Shown here: piece after piece, positions 1-13,586 of the stretch | How the letters are laid out: each line of letters begins with the position of its first letter | Position numbering within the stretch: the stretch's first letter is position 1 | DNA from: the human T2T-CHM13v2.0 reference genome, Homo sapiens | DNA: 64,000 bases | Assembly (NCBI RefSeq): GCF_009914755.1 | Contig: NC_060933.1 | Strand: one strand, 5' to 3' | Notes under the pieces: model-generated | The model's input: the letters and a program-made list of their open reading frames with translations, nothing else | Database searches by the model: none | Told to the model about the DNA's origin: nothing | Translations under genes and position numbers: made by a program

Positions 1-104
1 AGGTGCTCCTGGTCTGCCTGGGCCACCTGGCTTTGGAAGACCTGGTGATCCTGGGCCACCGGGGCCCCCGGGGCCACCAGGACCTCCAGCTATCCTGGGA
101 GCAG
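1..104 (+). CDS. COL15A1: COL15A1 coding exon (5' part outside window), collagenous Gly-X-Y segment
   Basis: Frame from base 2 reads GAPGLPGPPGFGRPGDPGPPGPPGPPGPPAILGA; phase-1 donor G|gttagt at 104/105. Confidence 0.95.
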
Positions 105-227
105 GTTAGTGCCGTAAACAGTGCCCTTGTTCATGCTGTCCCTACCATTGTGTTCAAGGTCACAGCATCTGGGTGGCTTGTCACAGCTGCACTGCCTAAC
201 AGAGGGCTTTCCTGGATACCGCCTTCT

Positions 228-1027
228 TTCTTTTTTTTTTAATTGAGATACAATTTGCACATCATAAAATTCACCCACCTAAAGTGTCTAATCCAGTAGT
301 TTTTAATATATTCATGAAGTTATGCAGTCATCACCACTGTCTAATTCTAGACCATTTTCATCACACCAAAAAGAAATTTCATACCAATTAGCAGTTGTTC
401 TCTTTTCTCTCTTTCCCTCTCCTCCACCAGATCTGGGCAACCATGAATCTACTTCTGTCTCCAGATTTGCCTATTCTGGACATTTCATATAAATGGAATC
501 ATATAATATATGGCCCTTTGAGTCTGGCTTCTTTCACTTAACACAGTGTTTTCAAGGTTCACCCATGTTGCAGCACGGAGTTCATTCCTTACTGTGGCCA
601 AATAATATTGCATTGTATAGGATATACATTTTGTTTATTCATTAATCTGTTCATGGACATTTGGGTTGTTTCTACTTTTTGGCTATTATGAATAATGCTA
701 CTATGAACTTTCGTGTACAAGTTTTTATGTGAACATGTTTTCCGTTCTCTTCAGTATATACGTAGGAGAAATTGCTGGGTCATATGGTAACTCTATGTTT
801 AACTTTTTGAGGAACTGCCAGACTGTTTTCCGAAGGAGTCACAACATTTCTCATTCCCATCAGCAGTGGCAGTGTATGAGGGGGTTCCAATTTCTCCTCC
901 CATATTATGGTATCCTCATTGTATCTTTTTGATTATAGCCATCCTACTTGGTATGAAGTGATATCTCACTGTGGTTTTGGTTTGCATTTCCCTAATGACT
1001 AATGATGTTGAGCATCTTTTCACATGT
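228..1027 (-). mobile_element. LINE-1 3' fragment (L1MB-like), antisense
   Basis: Poly-T followed by typical antisense L1 3' sequence (aattgagatacaattt...; gtggttttggtttgcatttccctaatgactaatgatgttgagcatctttt). Confidence 0.85.
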
Positions 1028-1189
1028 GAGTGGAAACTTCCTGGCTGCTTTGTCAATGCCTTAGGGGCGTGAGAACCTGTCTTAATGACCAGCAGTGACT
1101 GGAACTCTGTATATAAAAATCTATTCATCCTTTAGAGCCTCACCTCCTCATATGCAAAACTGGCAAAATTAAAGAAAATCTCTATGTAA

Positions 1190-1405
1190 TGAGCATGTAT
1201 CAGATGCCAGGCATTTTGCTAATCACTTTGCTATGGTATTTTATTGAAACCTCACAACAACACTTTAAAAAAAGCATTAACATCCCCATTGTACAGGTAA
1301 GGAAAGTGAGGCCCAGAGACATTTAGGAACCTTTCCAAGGTCACACAGCTAATAAGTGACACCAACAGGATTCAGACCCAGAGCAGTGTAGCTCCAAAGC
1401 CTGTG
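1190..1405 (-). mobile_element. MIR SINE
   Basis: Core cccattgtacaggtaaggaaagtgaggcccagag...aaggtcacacagct. Confidence 0.75.
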
Positions 1406-3588
1406 TTATTTCTACTATGTCCATTGGAGGAGACAATAATAGCAGCAATAATAGCATGAAGGCATACTTTTTTGTTGTTTGGCTTGGCAGGAGCCAGGTA
1501 TGGTGGAAGCATACCTGGAAAGAGACCTACAGAGTCCTTGGCATAAGGAGAGCTTTACACAGGAGGTGACTTTGGGGCTGGGGCTTTGACTTAGCCTTGG
1601 ATCTTTTGGCTGCAAGTGATAGAAACGTAACTCAAAGTAGCTCAAGCAAAGGGGAAATGTACTGGGTGTGAAGGAGGGAGTGAACAGTCAACTTGTGGGA
1701 GAGGTAGATAAACAGCTGGACCTCAGGAACAGCCAGAGCCAGGGACTCAACCCCTGCAAGGATTCTCTGGCCATCTCTTGTCTCGGCTTCTCTCTGCATG
1801 CAGTTTCACGCTTCCTCACCACAAACCACATCCTCTGCACAGCGGGAAATATGGTTACTGACAACTTACAGCTTCCACTGTCAGCTAGAAATCTTGAACT
1901 TCTTTTACTATTTTAGTTTGAAAAGTCCTGGGATGGGGAAGTCCTAGAGAAGGGTCCTGATGGGCCTGACTTGGGTGAGGTACCCAATCTTGGACAAATC
2001 ACCTATGACCAGGAGGTCGGATCACATGAGAACATGGTAGCTCTTTCTGGAACCAAATGGTTGTAGAGGTGAAGGGAAGGTCCCAAGAGAAGGAGATGAG
2101 GACACTGGTCCTACAAAGGAAGAAGGTGCCGAGTGTATGGAACCACAGGTGCCCACACAGCCATGAGGGAGGAGTAGGACTACAGGAGGTGGAGGCATAT
2201 TACAGGGTGAGTGCAAGGTGGAGAAAAACTGTTGTCCACAGCAACACTACATTAGGGCTGCCGGGATGCCTTGCTGCATTGAGCAAGGATTGCTTCTCAC
2301 ATAATGTATAGCAATTCAGTTTACAAAACACTTTCATGGCCATTATCCCATGTAGTCTTCACAGCAACCCTGGGAGGAAGATAAAACAGATATTATTATA
2401 AAATTCATCTCACGGATGAAGACACTGAAGCTCACAGAGGTGAAGAGACTTACTTGAGGTCACAAATTCTATTAGGAGGCATGGCTGGGATCCAAATCCG
2501 AGTCCACTGGCCCTCTATCCACTAGACATTTGCCACCTGTGTGTGGGTGTTCAAGTCCTATGTTGGAACTGAACATTTGCTTGCAACGACCTGAAGGACT
2601 GTATAATTTTACTGGGGCTTGTAAAAACACCCTTAATTCTGCCAAGAGCTTGGCAGATTTGGAGGAGTTGTCGGGGGTAGGGTGAGCAGAGGATGAGAGA
2701 GGTAGAAGAACAGCCAAAGGAATAGTTGTAATTATACTACTTTATGTTTGCCTAAAGTAAGGGCTTTTCAGTTGAGGAATCATAGACTCCTAGAGAGTTC
2801 AAGGATATACCTCCAGGATTTGTCATCCCAGTAATATTTTTTTATAGAATTATGTGTGCATTTCTCTGGGAAAGAGGGCACTAACCTTGATCTGATTTTT
2901 AAGGGCACTGTGACTCTTCAAAAGCTAAGAGCTCCTGGCCGGATGAATGCTGTACATGTACAATTTTCAAAGCACTCAGTTCTCACCGCAGCCCAGGGAA
3001 GAAGAAATGCCTATTTTACATTTTGCAGATGAGGAAACAGCTTTGGAGAGCTTGCTGTTTCCTCGAGATCACACAGCTAGGAATGGACAAACTTAAGGAC
3101 TTGAGTCCATGTCTCTGGCCCCAAGGCCAGGGCTACTGTCACTGCACCACCCTGGTCTCCTCCCACTCCCTAGAGCCTTCTCTTCCTCTTTCTGAGCCTG
3201 CTTCCTCTGTTCAGTGTCACATGCTTGTCTCTTGGGTGAAATAAGTTATATGAGTCAGGACATTTTTGAATGCAAGTGACAAAATATTCAACTTAAGCTG
3301 GCTTTTATAAAACAACCACAAAAGGAATTGATTCACTTATGAAACGGAAAAGCACTAGCCATGGCTTCATCCAGGGTAACAATCAAGAATCCCAGCTCTT
3401 CCCTGAACCAGTCAATGTGGCCTAAGTCACACGCTGGGGGCACAGCACCCAAGATACAGGTGGAAGTTGGGATGCTTTGTGGCGCTGTGAATGGGGTTGA
3501 ACACACTTCTCTCCGGGAGTCAGCTGATACCTCAGACATTTTTCAGAGTGTGGTTTTTGTGTAACTTCTCTTTTCTGTTTTGTCTTAG

Positions 3589-3653
3589 CTGTGGCCCTTC
3601 CAGGTCCCCCTGGCCCTCCAGGACAGCCAGGGCTTCCCGGATCCAGAAACCTG
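3589..3653 (+). CDS. COL15A1: COL15A1 exon, last collagenous segment
   Basis: Polypyrimidine tract ending tgtcttag; reads (A)VALPGPPGPPGQPGLPGSRNL; donor gtcagt; phase matches the previous exon. Confidence 0.95.
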
Positions 3654-3933
3654 GTCAGTATTATCATCAGTGTGTAGTCATCATTCCATTTGGGATAGAT
3701 ATACTTAAAACTCTGCCTACGATCTCCTGTGTCTGACATCCCTTGGGGATCAGGCCTTCATGATAGTAGGCTTGGTGCAATTCCATAAATAGTAGAAGGG
3801 ATTTGTTATCTATTTGGATGACTTATTAAGTAAAAAGACGTGAAAAAACAAAATCATGTATATGTAAGTTCCACCATTCGAATCCTTAATTGACTAAGTT
3901 ATAACAAGAACCAATCATATTACTTATATATTT

Positions 3934-3956
<23 letters not shown>

Positions 3957-3965
<9 letters not shown>

Positions 3966-4271
3966 TGCTGGATGAGGGGTGGACGGGGTCTCACTCTGTC
4001 ACCCAAACTGGAGTACAGTGGTGAGATCACGGCTCACTGCAGCCTCAACCTCCCTGAGCTCAGGTAATCCTCTCATCTCAGCCTCCAGAGTAGCTGGGAC
4101 TACAGATGCACACTACCACACCTGGCTAATTTTTTTTTTTTTTTTTTTGTAGAGACAGGGTTTTTGTTACATTGCCCAGGCTGGCCTTGAACTCATGGGC
4201 CACCAAGGTGATTCTCCCACCTTGGCCTCCCAAAGTGCTGGGAGTACAGACACGAGCCACCACGCCTGGCC
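3957..4271 (-). mobile_element. Alu (AluJ-like), preceded by (TA)n at ~3936-3957
   Basis: Antisense dimeric Alu ending ...gagccaccacgcctggcc. Confidence 0.9.
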
Positions 4272-4303
4272 ACCAATAATAGTATTTCAAAAAGCATAAA
4301 CCT

Positions 4304-4610
4304 GCTCGGGTGCGGTGGCTCACTCCTGTAATCCCAGCACTTTGAGAGGCTGAAGCAGGAGAATCACTTGAGTCTAGGAGTTCAAGACTAGCCTGGGCAA
4401 CATAGTGAGATCCTGCCTCTACAGAAAAATGTAAAAATTAACTGGGTGTGGTGGTGCATATCTGTAGTCCCAGCTACTTGAGAAGCTAAGGATCACTTGA
4501 GCCTGGGAAGTCGAGGCTCCAGTGAACCATGACTGTGCCACTGCACTCCAGCCTGGGTGAAAAAGCAATACCCCATCTCTAGAAAAAAAAGAAAAAACAA
4601 AACAACAAAA
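4304..4610 (+). mobile_element. Alu (AluJ-like)
   Basis: gctcgggtgcggtggctcac...A-rich tail; agcataaac on both flanks (TSD). Confidence 0.9.
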
Positions 4611-5670
4611 GCCCAAGAGCATAAACAATGTTACAACAGGTCCTTGTGCTGGTCAGATTTACTTGGATAATTCAGTCTTCTCCATTCTGCCAAAGAACAT
4701 CTCTGGCACATTCGTTACCCTGCAGTTCGTTGGAACAAGACATAGCACTCCAAGATTACTGTAATGCACAGAAAAATGGACAAATACTTCACAAGGATGT
4801 CAGGAGTCCAAAAATGCTCTTTGATCTTTGCTGGATGTTAGTTGCAAAATTTGGCTGCCAAAAGAAAGAACTGTCCTACATATGATGGAATTCTGATATT
4901 TGGTTCCCTTGGGGATATCTAAGTCATTTTGATGCACAAAGCCATTATCTTCAAGGCTAGGTGAAAATTAATATTTTATAATCTTTCTCAGTTACAATGA
5001 AAAATAAAAACTCTCTTGGCCGTTATTTCTTTGAGATTTGATGCTATTCAATAGATTTTTGTAGCTTCTGTATGTGCTTCTAGATATGCCAAATGGCTGT
5101 CTAATCTTTGGCACTTTTCTAGGCAGAGAAATTACAGACCTCCATTTTCTATCATGCATTTAATGTAACTACCAAGCTAGACAAAAAAGATTTAAGACCT
5201 TAAGTATAGTTGCTCACTTGCTTGCCTTTCTTATTCCAAATGAAAAATTTGAAACTCTTCAAGGACCAGCATGAAGTAACACCATTTAACCATGTTAGTG
5301 CCACCAAGTAGCTTAAAAAAATAGAAGTGGTAAAACTTACCAGTGCTTTTGCTAATACCCAAACCAAAACAAAGATAACTCCATTGACAATTTGTAAATG
5401 TCTTTATACTCACATAATATTGTCATTTTTGTTTTAATTCATTTATTATAAGTTAGATTTGTGTTTCAAAGTATACATGTTTTTGTTTTATCAAGAAGAA
5501 TGCCCTTTAGTTACTAATGAAGGTATATACCTCTATCTGGCACATTAACAAGCCTCTTTATTGAGTATCTGGGGACGGCTCCTAGTTGACTTTACAGAGA
5601 GGCCAGGTTATCAGATGGTGCCATTCCTCTAATGATAATGGCAGTGTTTGGAATTTAAATGATCTGACAG

Positions 5671-5799
5671 GTCACAGCATTCAGCAACATGGATGACATG
5701 CTGCAGAAAGCGCATTTGGTTATAGAAGGAACATTCATCTACCTGAGGGACAGCACTGAGTTTTTCATTCGTGTTAGAGATGGCTGGAAAAAATTACAG
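5671..5799 (+). CDS. COL15A1: COL15A1 exon, NC1 trimerisation domain
   Basis: gacag|VTAFSNMDDMLQKAHLVIEGTFIYLRDSTEFFIRVRDGWKKLQ|gtaatt; 129 nt; matches the multiplexin trimerisation motif. Confidence 0.95.
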
Positions 5800-5944
5800 G
5801 TAATTTCTAAACTTCCTTTAACACACTGCCTTCAAATACCCTCTAAAAATAATAATCTACTCCCATAAATGCCATTTTTTTCTGTTTTGAAATGGGAGAA
5901 GTTTGTAATTGATCTTTCATTTCAATGTACTGTTTTTCTTAAAG

Positions 5945-6004
5945 CTGGGAGAACTGATCCCCATTCCTGCCGACAGCCCTCCACCCCCTGCGCTTTCCAG
6001 CAAC
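5945..6004 (+). CDS. COL15A1: COL15A1 exon, NC1 hinge
   Basis: tttttcttaaag|LGELIPIPADSPPPPALSSN|gtgagt; 60 nt. Confidence 0.93.
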
Positions 6005-6749
6005 GTGAGTAGTTACCCTGTTGGACTGCTCATGCATTCATTTATCAGCATTTCCTGAGTCCTCCTTGGTATCTAGCACCAAGCTCTCCAAACTCTGGAC
6101 AGTCAGCTGTGCACGGTTTAGTATCTGGTGAAATCCTAGAAATTAATGGGTGCTAACAGGAGGTTCCCACAGTAGAGCGGAGGAATAACTAGATCCAGAG
6201 GCTGGAGACCTGCTGTTCCCATGTAGTAGCCAAATCTTCTTGGGCAGAGGGCTTCCTCTATCTTGGCCTCAGTTTGTTCATCTGTGGAATCATTGGTTGG
6301 TATAAGCAATCTAGAAGATTCCTTTAATTTTTGGCACCATCTGCCTCATAAGAACATGGGCAACTGGCATTGTCCATCTTCTAGCCCTAGAGCAATGCTT
6401 TGAGGTGGGTACTATCATCCCCGTTTTGCAGATTATGAAACTGAGGCTCTGAAGAGGTAGCTTTCTCTATTAAGTGAAAGAGTTGGTGATTAAACATGGG
6501 TTTATCAAAAAGAATGCCCTTCCTTGATTCAGTGCTCTTTTTAAAACTCTTGAGAACATTTTCTCCCTTTCTGAAGATGATTTCTTCAGCAGGTCATGAA
6601 ACTCTTTACAGTTAAGAGTCACAGTTACAGACAATGGCAAATTATTTAAAGCATCTTCTCAAGAAACATTGCACTTGCACCTCAATACACTCTGAAGAAC
6701 AGATTGAATGCATATTCAGAACTGTTTCTTTTCCTCCTTTTCATAACAG

Positions 6750-6809
6750 CCACATCAGCTTCTGCCTCCACCAAACCCTATTTCAAGTGCCAATTATGAG
6801 AAGCCTGCT
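6750..6809 (+). CDS. COL15A1: COL15A1 exon, NC1 hinge
   Basis: Pyrimidine tract ending taacag|PHQLLPPPNPISSANYEKPA|gtaagt; 60 nt. Confidence 0.92.
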
Positions 6810-6834
6810 GTAAGTACAATTTATACATTTAATC

Positions 6835-7610
6835 TTCAAATACTGAGTGTATATCTGCTAAGTGCTAGGTCTCATGCTTAGTACACAGTTCCTACCATCA
6901 TGATACTTATAGACTAGTGAGAGAGGCAAACAAAAAACAGAGAATTACAATACAGTGTGGTAAGTTGTTTGGGTGAACCAAGCACAGGGTGCTGGGGGTA
7001 TAAGGGAGGGCAGAGACGTCTACCTGGAGGAGGTTACCTCCAAACTAAGACCCAAAGGACAGCTGAGTTCGGGAGTGAGCCAGGTGGGAGAGAGGCAAAG
7101 GGAAGATGGAATAGAGGGAGGTAAGGGGAAGGGCTGTGCATTCCTGTAATTGCTAGTATTAAATTACAGGCAAAAGAGTAGAGTTCAAGGCAGAAAAGGG
7201 AGACATTTAGTCTGTGGAAGTCAGCAAAGCAAGTGCTAGGTTTCAAGGGTCTGCAAGCCAAGCCAAAAAGTTTGACCATTTTCTGTGGGCAATGGGGAGC
7301 TACAGAAGGGTTTAAAGCAGGAAACAGGTATGACAACACTAGTGTTTCAGAAATTACCTTGGCTACAGTGTGCAGATTAATCAGAAGGGACAGGAGCAGG
7401 GGTCCAAAGGCCAGTTAGGTGACTCCTGTGTTATCTGAACTAGAATCACAGCAGTGAGCCCATAGACTAGTGGGCAATTGGAGAGACATGAAGGAAGCAG
7501 AAGTGACTAATTGGGTCATTGATTGAATATGGCGCATTAAAGATGAGAAAGGTCAAGAATGATGCCCAGGTTTCTGCTTGGATGATTGAGTGGTGACAGT
7601 TTCCTTTCCA
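6835..7610 (-). mobile_element. LINE-2 fragment (further piece ~8100-8560)
   Basis: Degenerate antisense L2 3' region (tactgagtg...tgctagg; gatgcccaggtttctgcttgg). Confidence 0.6.
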
Positions 7611-10325
7611 GGGATTGTTTCATTGCTGGGATTAGAAAGTCTCTCTATTCCTTTGCTAGCTTAAGTAAAGATCTCGTTTAAATCAGCATAGAAACCTCAT
7701 GGAACTCCATCACAGGAAGAACAGCCAGGCCTGGGACTCTTGTCTCTATTAGTCTGCTTTGCTCTCTCTATAGACCACCTTCTGAAAGGGTCTTTCTTCC
7801 TCCCAACCTCACCCCAAAACACATATATAGGTGACATGAGCTTGCACACAGCTTTGGGTCACCCTGGCACTGATTCTTGCCCTAAGTCTGTGTGATCTTA
7901 CAGCTGCTGACCCCAGTACTACTGACTCAGTTCAGAGTCTTGGGAGAGATAGTTTATATGGTCTGTCTTGGGTCAATTGCCCACTCCCAGCCCAATCAAG
8001 AGTTACCAGGAGAATGAGTTTGAAGGTCTAAGGCCACTCCTTATGGCAGGGATTGTGGGGGCATTTTCTATTGTGCTGCTATTGACCAAGGAGGAACTAA
8101 TTTGGAGCATGGTGAGTCTGAGGTGCCTGGAGGAAACCTGAGTGGAGACTACCAGGAAGGAATAGGTTCTGAAGGTCTGAAACCCCACAGTGGGATCTTG
8201 GCTGTAGATGAGCCATGCAATTACTACGGGGCTGGTTGGATTCCCAAAAGAGAATCTATACAGTCAGAAGGGATTAGACTATGAGGAGCAAAACTGAAAA
8301 GGAACTGATGGGAGAAATATGAGAAAGAAACTGAGAAGCCATAGCCAGAAAGGAAGAAAGCAAGCCAAGCAAGGTAGTAGCCAACAGTGTCAAAGGCTGC
8401 CAGGAAATTCATAAGAAGAACCAAAAGGTGTCCTTCAAATTTAGAAACTAGAGCAAAGCATTTAGTAGCCAAAAAGATTCTAGTTGGTTGAAGAGTCAGT
8501 GGGAAGTGAAGGAAGAGAAATGTGAGTGTCAGTAACCCTTCAAAAAGCCCCAAAGTTAGGGCAGTAGCTAAAGGATTTTTTAAATGGTATTTTATAAATT
8601 CAGAACTAATACGTATTCATTGCAGAAAATGTCAACAATGCATGAAAAGAATGGAGAAGAAAATAGTAACACACCTACAATTTTATCAAAACTACAACCA
8701 TCCACAAAATAGCAATTTTAACATTTTGAGTGTTATAACATTACTGTCTTCCTAAAAGTACAATATAAAAATGTTGTCATTTTATAAAAATGTTCCAGCA
8801 ATTAGAGAAATACAAACATGAGAACACAAAAACCCCCAATCTCGTCATTCAGAAACAACCGTAATTTCAGACATTTCTCTGTGTCTCTCTAAAGGACAGT
8901 AGGGCTTGGTGGGATTAGAGGTGGCAAGGAAGCCCTGCAGTTGCCCCCTGCCTGTGCCTTTCTTAGGTGGCCCCTGGCATTGGGGAAGCCTCATTCCATC
9001 AAGGCCTCGTGTGATGCACTCTGATGTAGCCCCAAAGCACACTGGTTGGAAGATGATGAGACCATAGGGCTTCTTCCCTCAGGCACCAGAGTCTCCAGAT
9101 GCATGAGGAAGAAGACGGGGGGTGGGGGCAGTATAGTCAGATGGCAAGGACATCAAAGGGTCAGGGTGTATATGTGGAGGTGGAAGTCTGGTGGCCTGCC
9201 TGTGATTGTGGTGGGTGGGCAGCATGCTAAAGCTCCCTCTTACCCTAATGGCTGGGAATGTAGAGCATAAAATGCTAGCCACTGGGAGGCCTGCTGGGGA
9301 AGCCTTGGCTCAGTGCGGGGCAGGAAGGAGATGGGGATGGGGTGTGATGCTGCTTGACCTGGACCTCCATCTAGTATGGTGGTCAAGACAGAACCAGGAT
9401 GAATAAAAAGAGAGAGACTGGAGCAGGTGGCAGCCTTGGGGTCTGTCCTCTGCAGGAAGGAAAGGGGTGGTGAATGGAGAAAAATATCCAGAGATGTGCA
9501 AGGGCTGCTTGGGGCCAGTCTGGACACTCACTGTAGCTCATGGCCAGTTGTGGCCAACTGGCTGGAAGCTGGAGAAGCAGAAGACCACCATGGTGATCCT
9601 GGTCACTGGGACACACAGAGGCTTTGTTCAGGTCTGAGAGGCGGGGTAGAAACCAGGAGAGAAACACTGGCCGCCTCCTGCCCCACCGCCTGAGCCTCAT
9701 TTCATGTCCTTTGGCTTAAGATATTTAAAAATATTTTCCTTTTTGGTAACTTGGACCCAGGTCCTGCACCAGCCTCTCAGCTCTAAGTTGATGAGATAAA
9801 AGTTACCCCCGAGATGAGATTGATGGGAGGCAGGGAGATGAGTGTTCCTTGATTATGGAATGCATTCCAGAGGGTGTGGCAGAAAGGCTGAGAGAGGGCA
9901 GTAGTAGGAGGCTGGGTTTTGGGAGAGAAAGTGTGGAAGAAATAGACTACGGATTGGTTTTTATTTTGGCTGCTGACCAAGATAGCAGGGATGTGAAGCT
10001 GGAATTACTATAAGACCCCTAGTTCCAGAAGGGTCTATCTCAGCAGTCTTAGTCATAGGTGCCATACCCTTCTTTCGATGGCTTTCTCCCAGATCCCTCA
10101 TGTGATCAGCCCCAGGCCTATCCAGGAGATGGAAGAAAGGGCTGCAGGCAGATAGCTGGGAGAAGCTCTGGGATCCAGGGCCAAAGCCAGCTTAAAACCC
10201 CTGCACAGACCCAGAGGTCTCAAACTTATGGCCTGCAGGTGGATTCCGAGATTCAGATCCCTGAAGTTCTTTATTTGGTCCAAGCAATATTTTGTTCTGT
10301 TTTTTTTTTTTTTTTTTTTTTTTTT

Positions 10326-10505
10326 CACCTAAGGAAGACATTTCTACCACTTAGAGCTGTTCAGAGAGCTGAAACAGGCTGCTTGGGAGACCATAGCTCT
10401 CCTTCCCCGGAAATGGTCAGGCAGAGACTGTAATTCCAATGTCAGGGAGGGATTGAATAAAATGACCTCCAACGTGCCTTCCAGCCTAAGAAGTCTGGAA
10501 TCTTT
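10326..10505 (+). mobile_element. CR1/L3 3' fragment, preceded by T26 (10300-10325)
   Basis: aaggaagacatttctacc...atgacctccaacgtgccttccagcc resembles the L3 3' end. Confidence 0.5.
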
Positions 10506-10582
10506 GCAGGAATGTGAGATGGTTCTGGGGGCTGGAGTTTGCCTTTGATTCTGACTGCTCTCTTTTGTCTCACATTTTTCAG

Positions 10583-10768
10583 CTGCATTTGGCTGCTCTG
10601 AACATGCCATTTTCTGGGGACATTCGAGCTGATTTTCAGTGCTTCAAGCAGGCCAGAGCTGCAGGACTGTTGTCCACCTACCGAGCATTCTTATCTTCCC
10701 ATTTGCAAGATCTGTCCACCATTGTGAGGAAAGCAGAGAGATACAGCCTTCCCATAGTGAACCTCAAG
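10583..10768 (+). CDS. COL15A1: COL15A1 exon, endostatin-like (restin) domain part 1
   Basis: tttttcag|[62 protein letters not shown]|gtaaaa; endostatin signature ADFQCF..AR; lies inside ORF 10514-10870. Confidence 0.97.
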
Positions 10769-11884
10769 GTAAAAATAAATATGGTTCCCATTGCCTTCTG
10801 CATGCATTGGTCGCTACAGGGCCTGGAGGCAGTTTTCATTCCTGACATCAACAGAAGACTGTTGACTTAAGCCTGCTCTCTCCCTTACTGGCTATGTCAC
10901 TTTGGGTGGGTTCTTTGCCTTCCCTGAACCTCAGTTTTCTTTATGCTTGTGTGACCCTTGGAGCATGCAGGAGGAGAGATAGTGATAACTTCTTTCATTG
11001 ATACAGGGTTTTCTTGTTTGTTTACAAAGTACCTCATTATCTTAATAGGGACTTCTAATAAACATGAGAGTTATTCATTTTTTAGTTTGTCAGATGAGAA
11101 AACTGAGGCTCAGAAGAAGAAACCAGTTTGCTTAAAATCACTGCAAACTAGGGCACTTTGTCCTGAACCCTGTTTTGGTGTTCTGTGCCCATTTAAGCAG
11201 ATATTTCTCTGCCCCATTTGTGGGTAAGACAGGGCCTTGTAGGATCCCTCGATTATTCCATAGAAATAGCAGACTCTTTCAAGGCTATGCAGAGAAACCT
11301 CGTTGCCACTCACATACACCGTGGAGAAGCTCTGGGTCCTGATGACTGTTTCTTAAAGGTACTTCAAGACCCTTTAGTCTCTGCAACCCCAGTACTCCAA
11401 TTTAAAACCTTGAGGCTAGCAAGTTCCATCCTAACCCCATACCCAGCACTTTCCACCTCCTCTCCCAGAATTCTGTTCCAGCACCTTCACCCACTGAAAT
11501 TATTTTTATTCTTGGATCTCTCTACAAGGGACCAGGCTGTTTCAGGAAAAGGACTAAAAAGTTCATCTCCATCTCACCCACAGTGTAGACTGGCACAAGG
11601 CCTGCCACAAATTTGAAGCTTAGTATGTATGCATAATATTTTAAAAATAACAATAATAAAATAAAGACATAAAACACAATTTTGATTGGAAGGAGGCTTG
11701 TATACACTTCTAATAAGAGAAATTCCCTCAAGAAATAAGACAGTAAAAGCAAAAGCGTTCATGGATGGATTATAAAATCAAACCACAAACATTTCTTGAG
11801 TTTTCACTCTGTCCAGGCTCTAGGATTGGGGCTGGAGACTCTAATGTGAGGTGGCATCTGGGCCTTGAAGAGCGAGTAAAAATC

Positions 11885-12197
<313 letters not shown>

Positions 12198-12255
12198 CTA
12201 ACTCATTTGTAGGCTGATGGTATAATGATTCTAATGTGGTATTTTGTCTCTATAG

Positions 12256-12371
12256 GGCCAAGTACTTTTTAATAATTGGGACTCAATTTTTTCTGGCCAC
12301 GGAGGTCAGTTCAATATGCATATTCCAATATACTCCTTTGATGGTCGAGACATAATGACAGATCCTTCTTG
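12256..12371 (+). CDS. COL15A1: COL15A1 exon, endostatin-like domain part 2
   Basis: tctctatag|GQVLFNNWDSIFSGHGGQFNMHIPIYSFDGRDIMTDPS(W)|gtaagt; ends in phase 2. Confidence 0.96.
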
Positions 12372-13372
12372 GTAAGTGAGGGTGGAAGTTCTCAGATATG
12401 GTGTGATAGATAGTTTTAGGGGGCATCCTAACAATGGGATGCCTTTATCAGCTGCTTCTCTAGGATATTGCCAACATAAAGCCACAGTGAGGCAACTGAG
12501 GGCCTCAGAGAAAGCCTTGTCCTTGGAGTCAGAAGACCCAGGTCCAGTAACTCAATATGGAATCCTGGGCAAGACATTTCCATTCTCTGAGCCTCAGCTG
12601 CCTTACCTGTCAAATGGGCAACATAACCACATCTATGTCATAGAATTGTGAGAATAAAATGAATATATGTGAAAACATATAGCACGCAGTGGGCACATAA
12701 TAAGTGGTAAGCAATGCAACTCCTGGGGATCCTGTAACTCTACACTGTGATTTGCACTCTAAATCTTGAAAATTATGTGAGTTTTTCAGAATAGAACAAC
12801 TCAGCAAACCTCTCCTCACTGCCTACTCTATACGAGGCCTGAGGCCAGGCCTGGAAGGCACAATAATAAACCCACACAGCTCCTACTTTTACAGGGCTCA
12901 CAGTCTACAGAGGAAATAGACACACACTAACTGTGACTCTAGACAGAATATTGTAATTGTAAGTGGAGAAACAGGTACCATAGGATATACAGGATATGTT
13001 TGTTTTCATTTTTTTTAGGGGTGAGAATCAGAGATGGCTTCCTGCAAGAGGAAGTTGTTTATTGGCCTTTGAAAGATGAGAAGGAGTCACTGGTCTGAAA
13101 ATGAAAGAGAAGCCCTCCAGACCAAGGGACCCCATGAGCAAAGGTTTAGATTCACAAAAGAAGAGGGTGTGATTTGAAAACAACTGCAAGCTGGGTGTGG
13201 CTGCAATCTAGTGTGTTAAGAAAGCTAGCAAGGGCAATGAGGATAGAGAAGTGATTTGGCATCAGGGTTAAGGAGTTTAACTTGATTCATTAGACTTATG
13301 CCAATTTGCTTACCAAAAAATACCACAAAGAAGTGTCATTTTGAAAAATAACATGACAAAATTACTTTATAG

Positions 13373-13586
13373 GCCCCAGAAAGTCATTTGGCATGGCTCC
13401 AGCCCCCATGGCGTCCGCCTTGTGGATAACTACTGTGAAGCATGGCGAACCGCGGACACAGCGGTCACGGGACTTGCCTCCCCGCTGAGCACGGGGAAGA
13501 TTCTGGACCAGAAAGCATACAGCTGTGCTAATCGGCTAATTGTCCTATGTATCGAAAACAGTTTCATGACAGACGCTAGGAAGTAA
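13373..13586 (+). CDS. COL15A1: COL15A1 terminal exon, coding part
   Basis: tttatag|(W)PQKVIWHGSSPHGVRLVDNYCEAWRTADTAVTGLASPLSTGKILDQKAYSCANRLIVLCIENSFMTDARK*; TAA at 13584-13586. Confidence 0.97.

Noticed and set aside
3422-3739. Minus-strand ORF containing PGSPGCPGGPGGPG
   Set aside because: Antisense shadow of the COL15A1 Gly-Pro-Pro exon.
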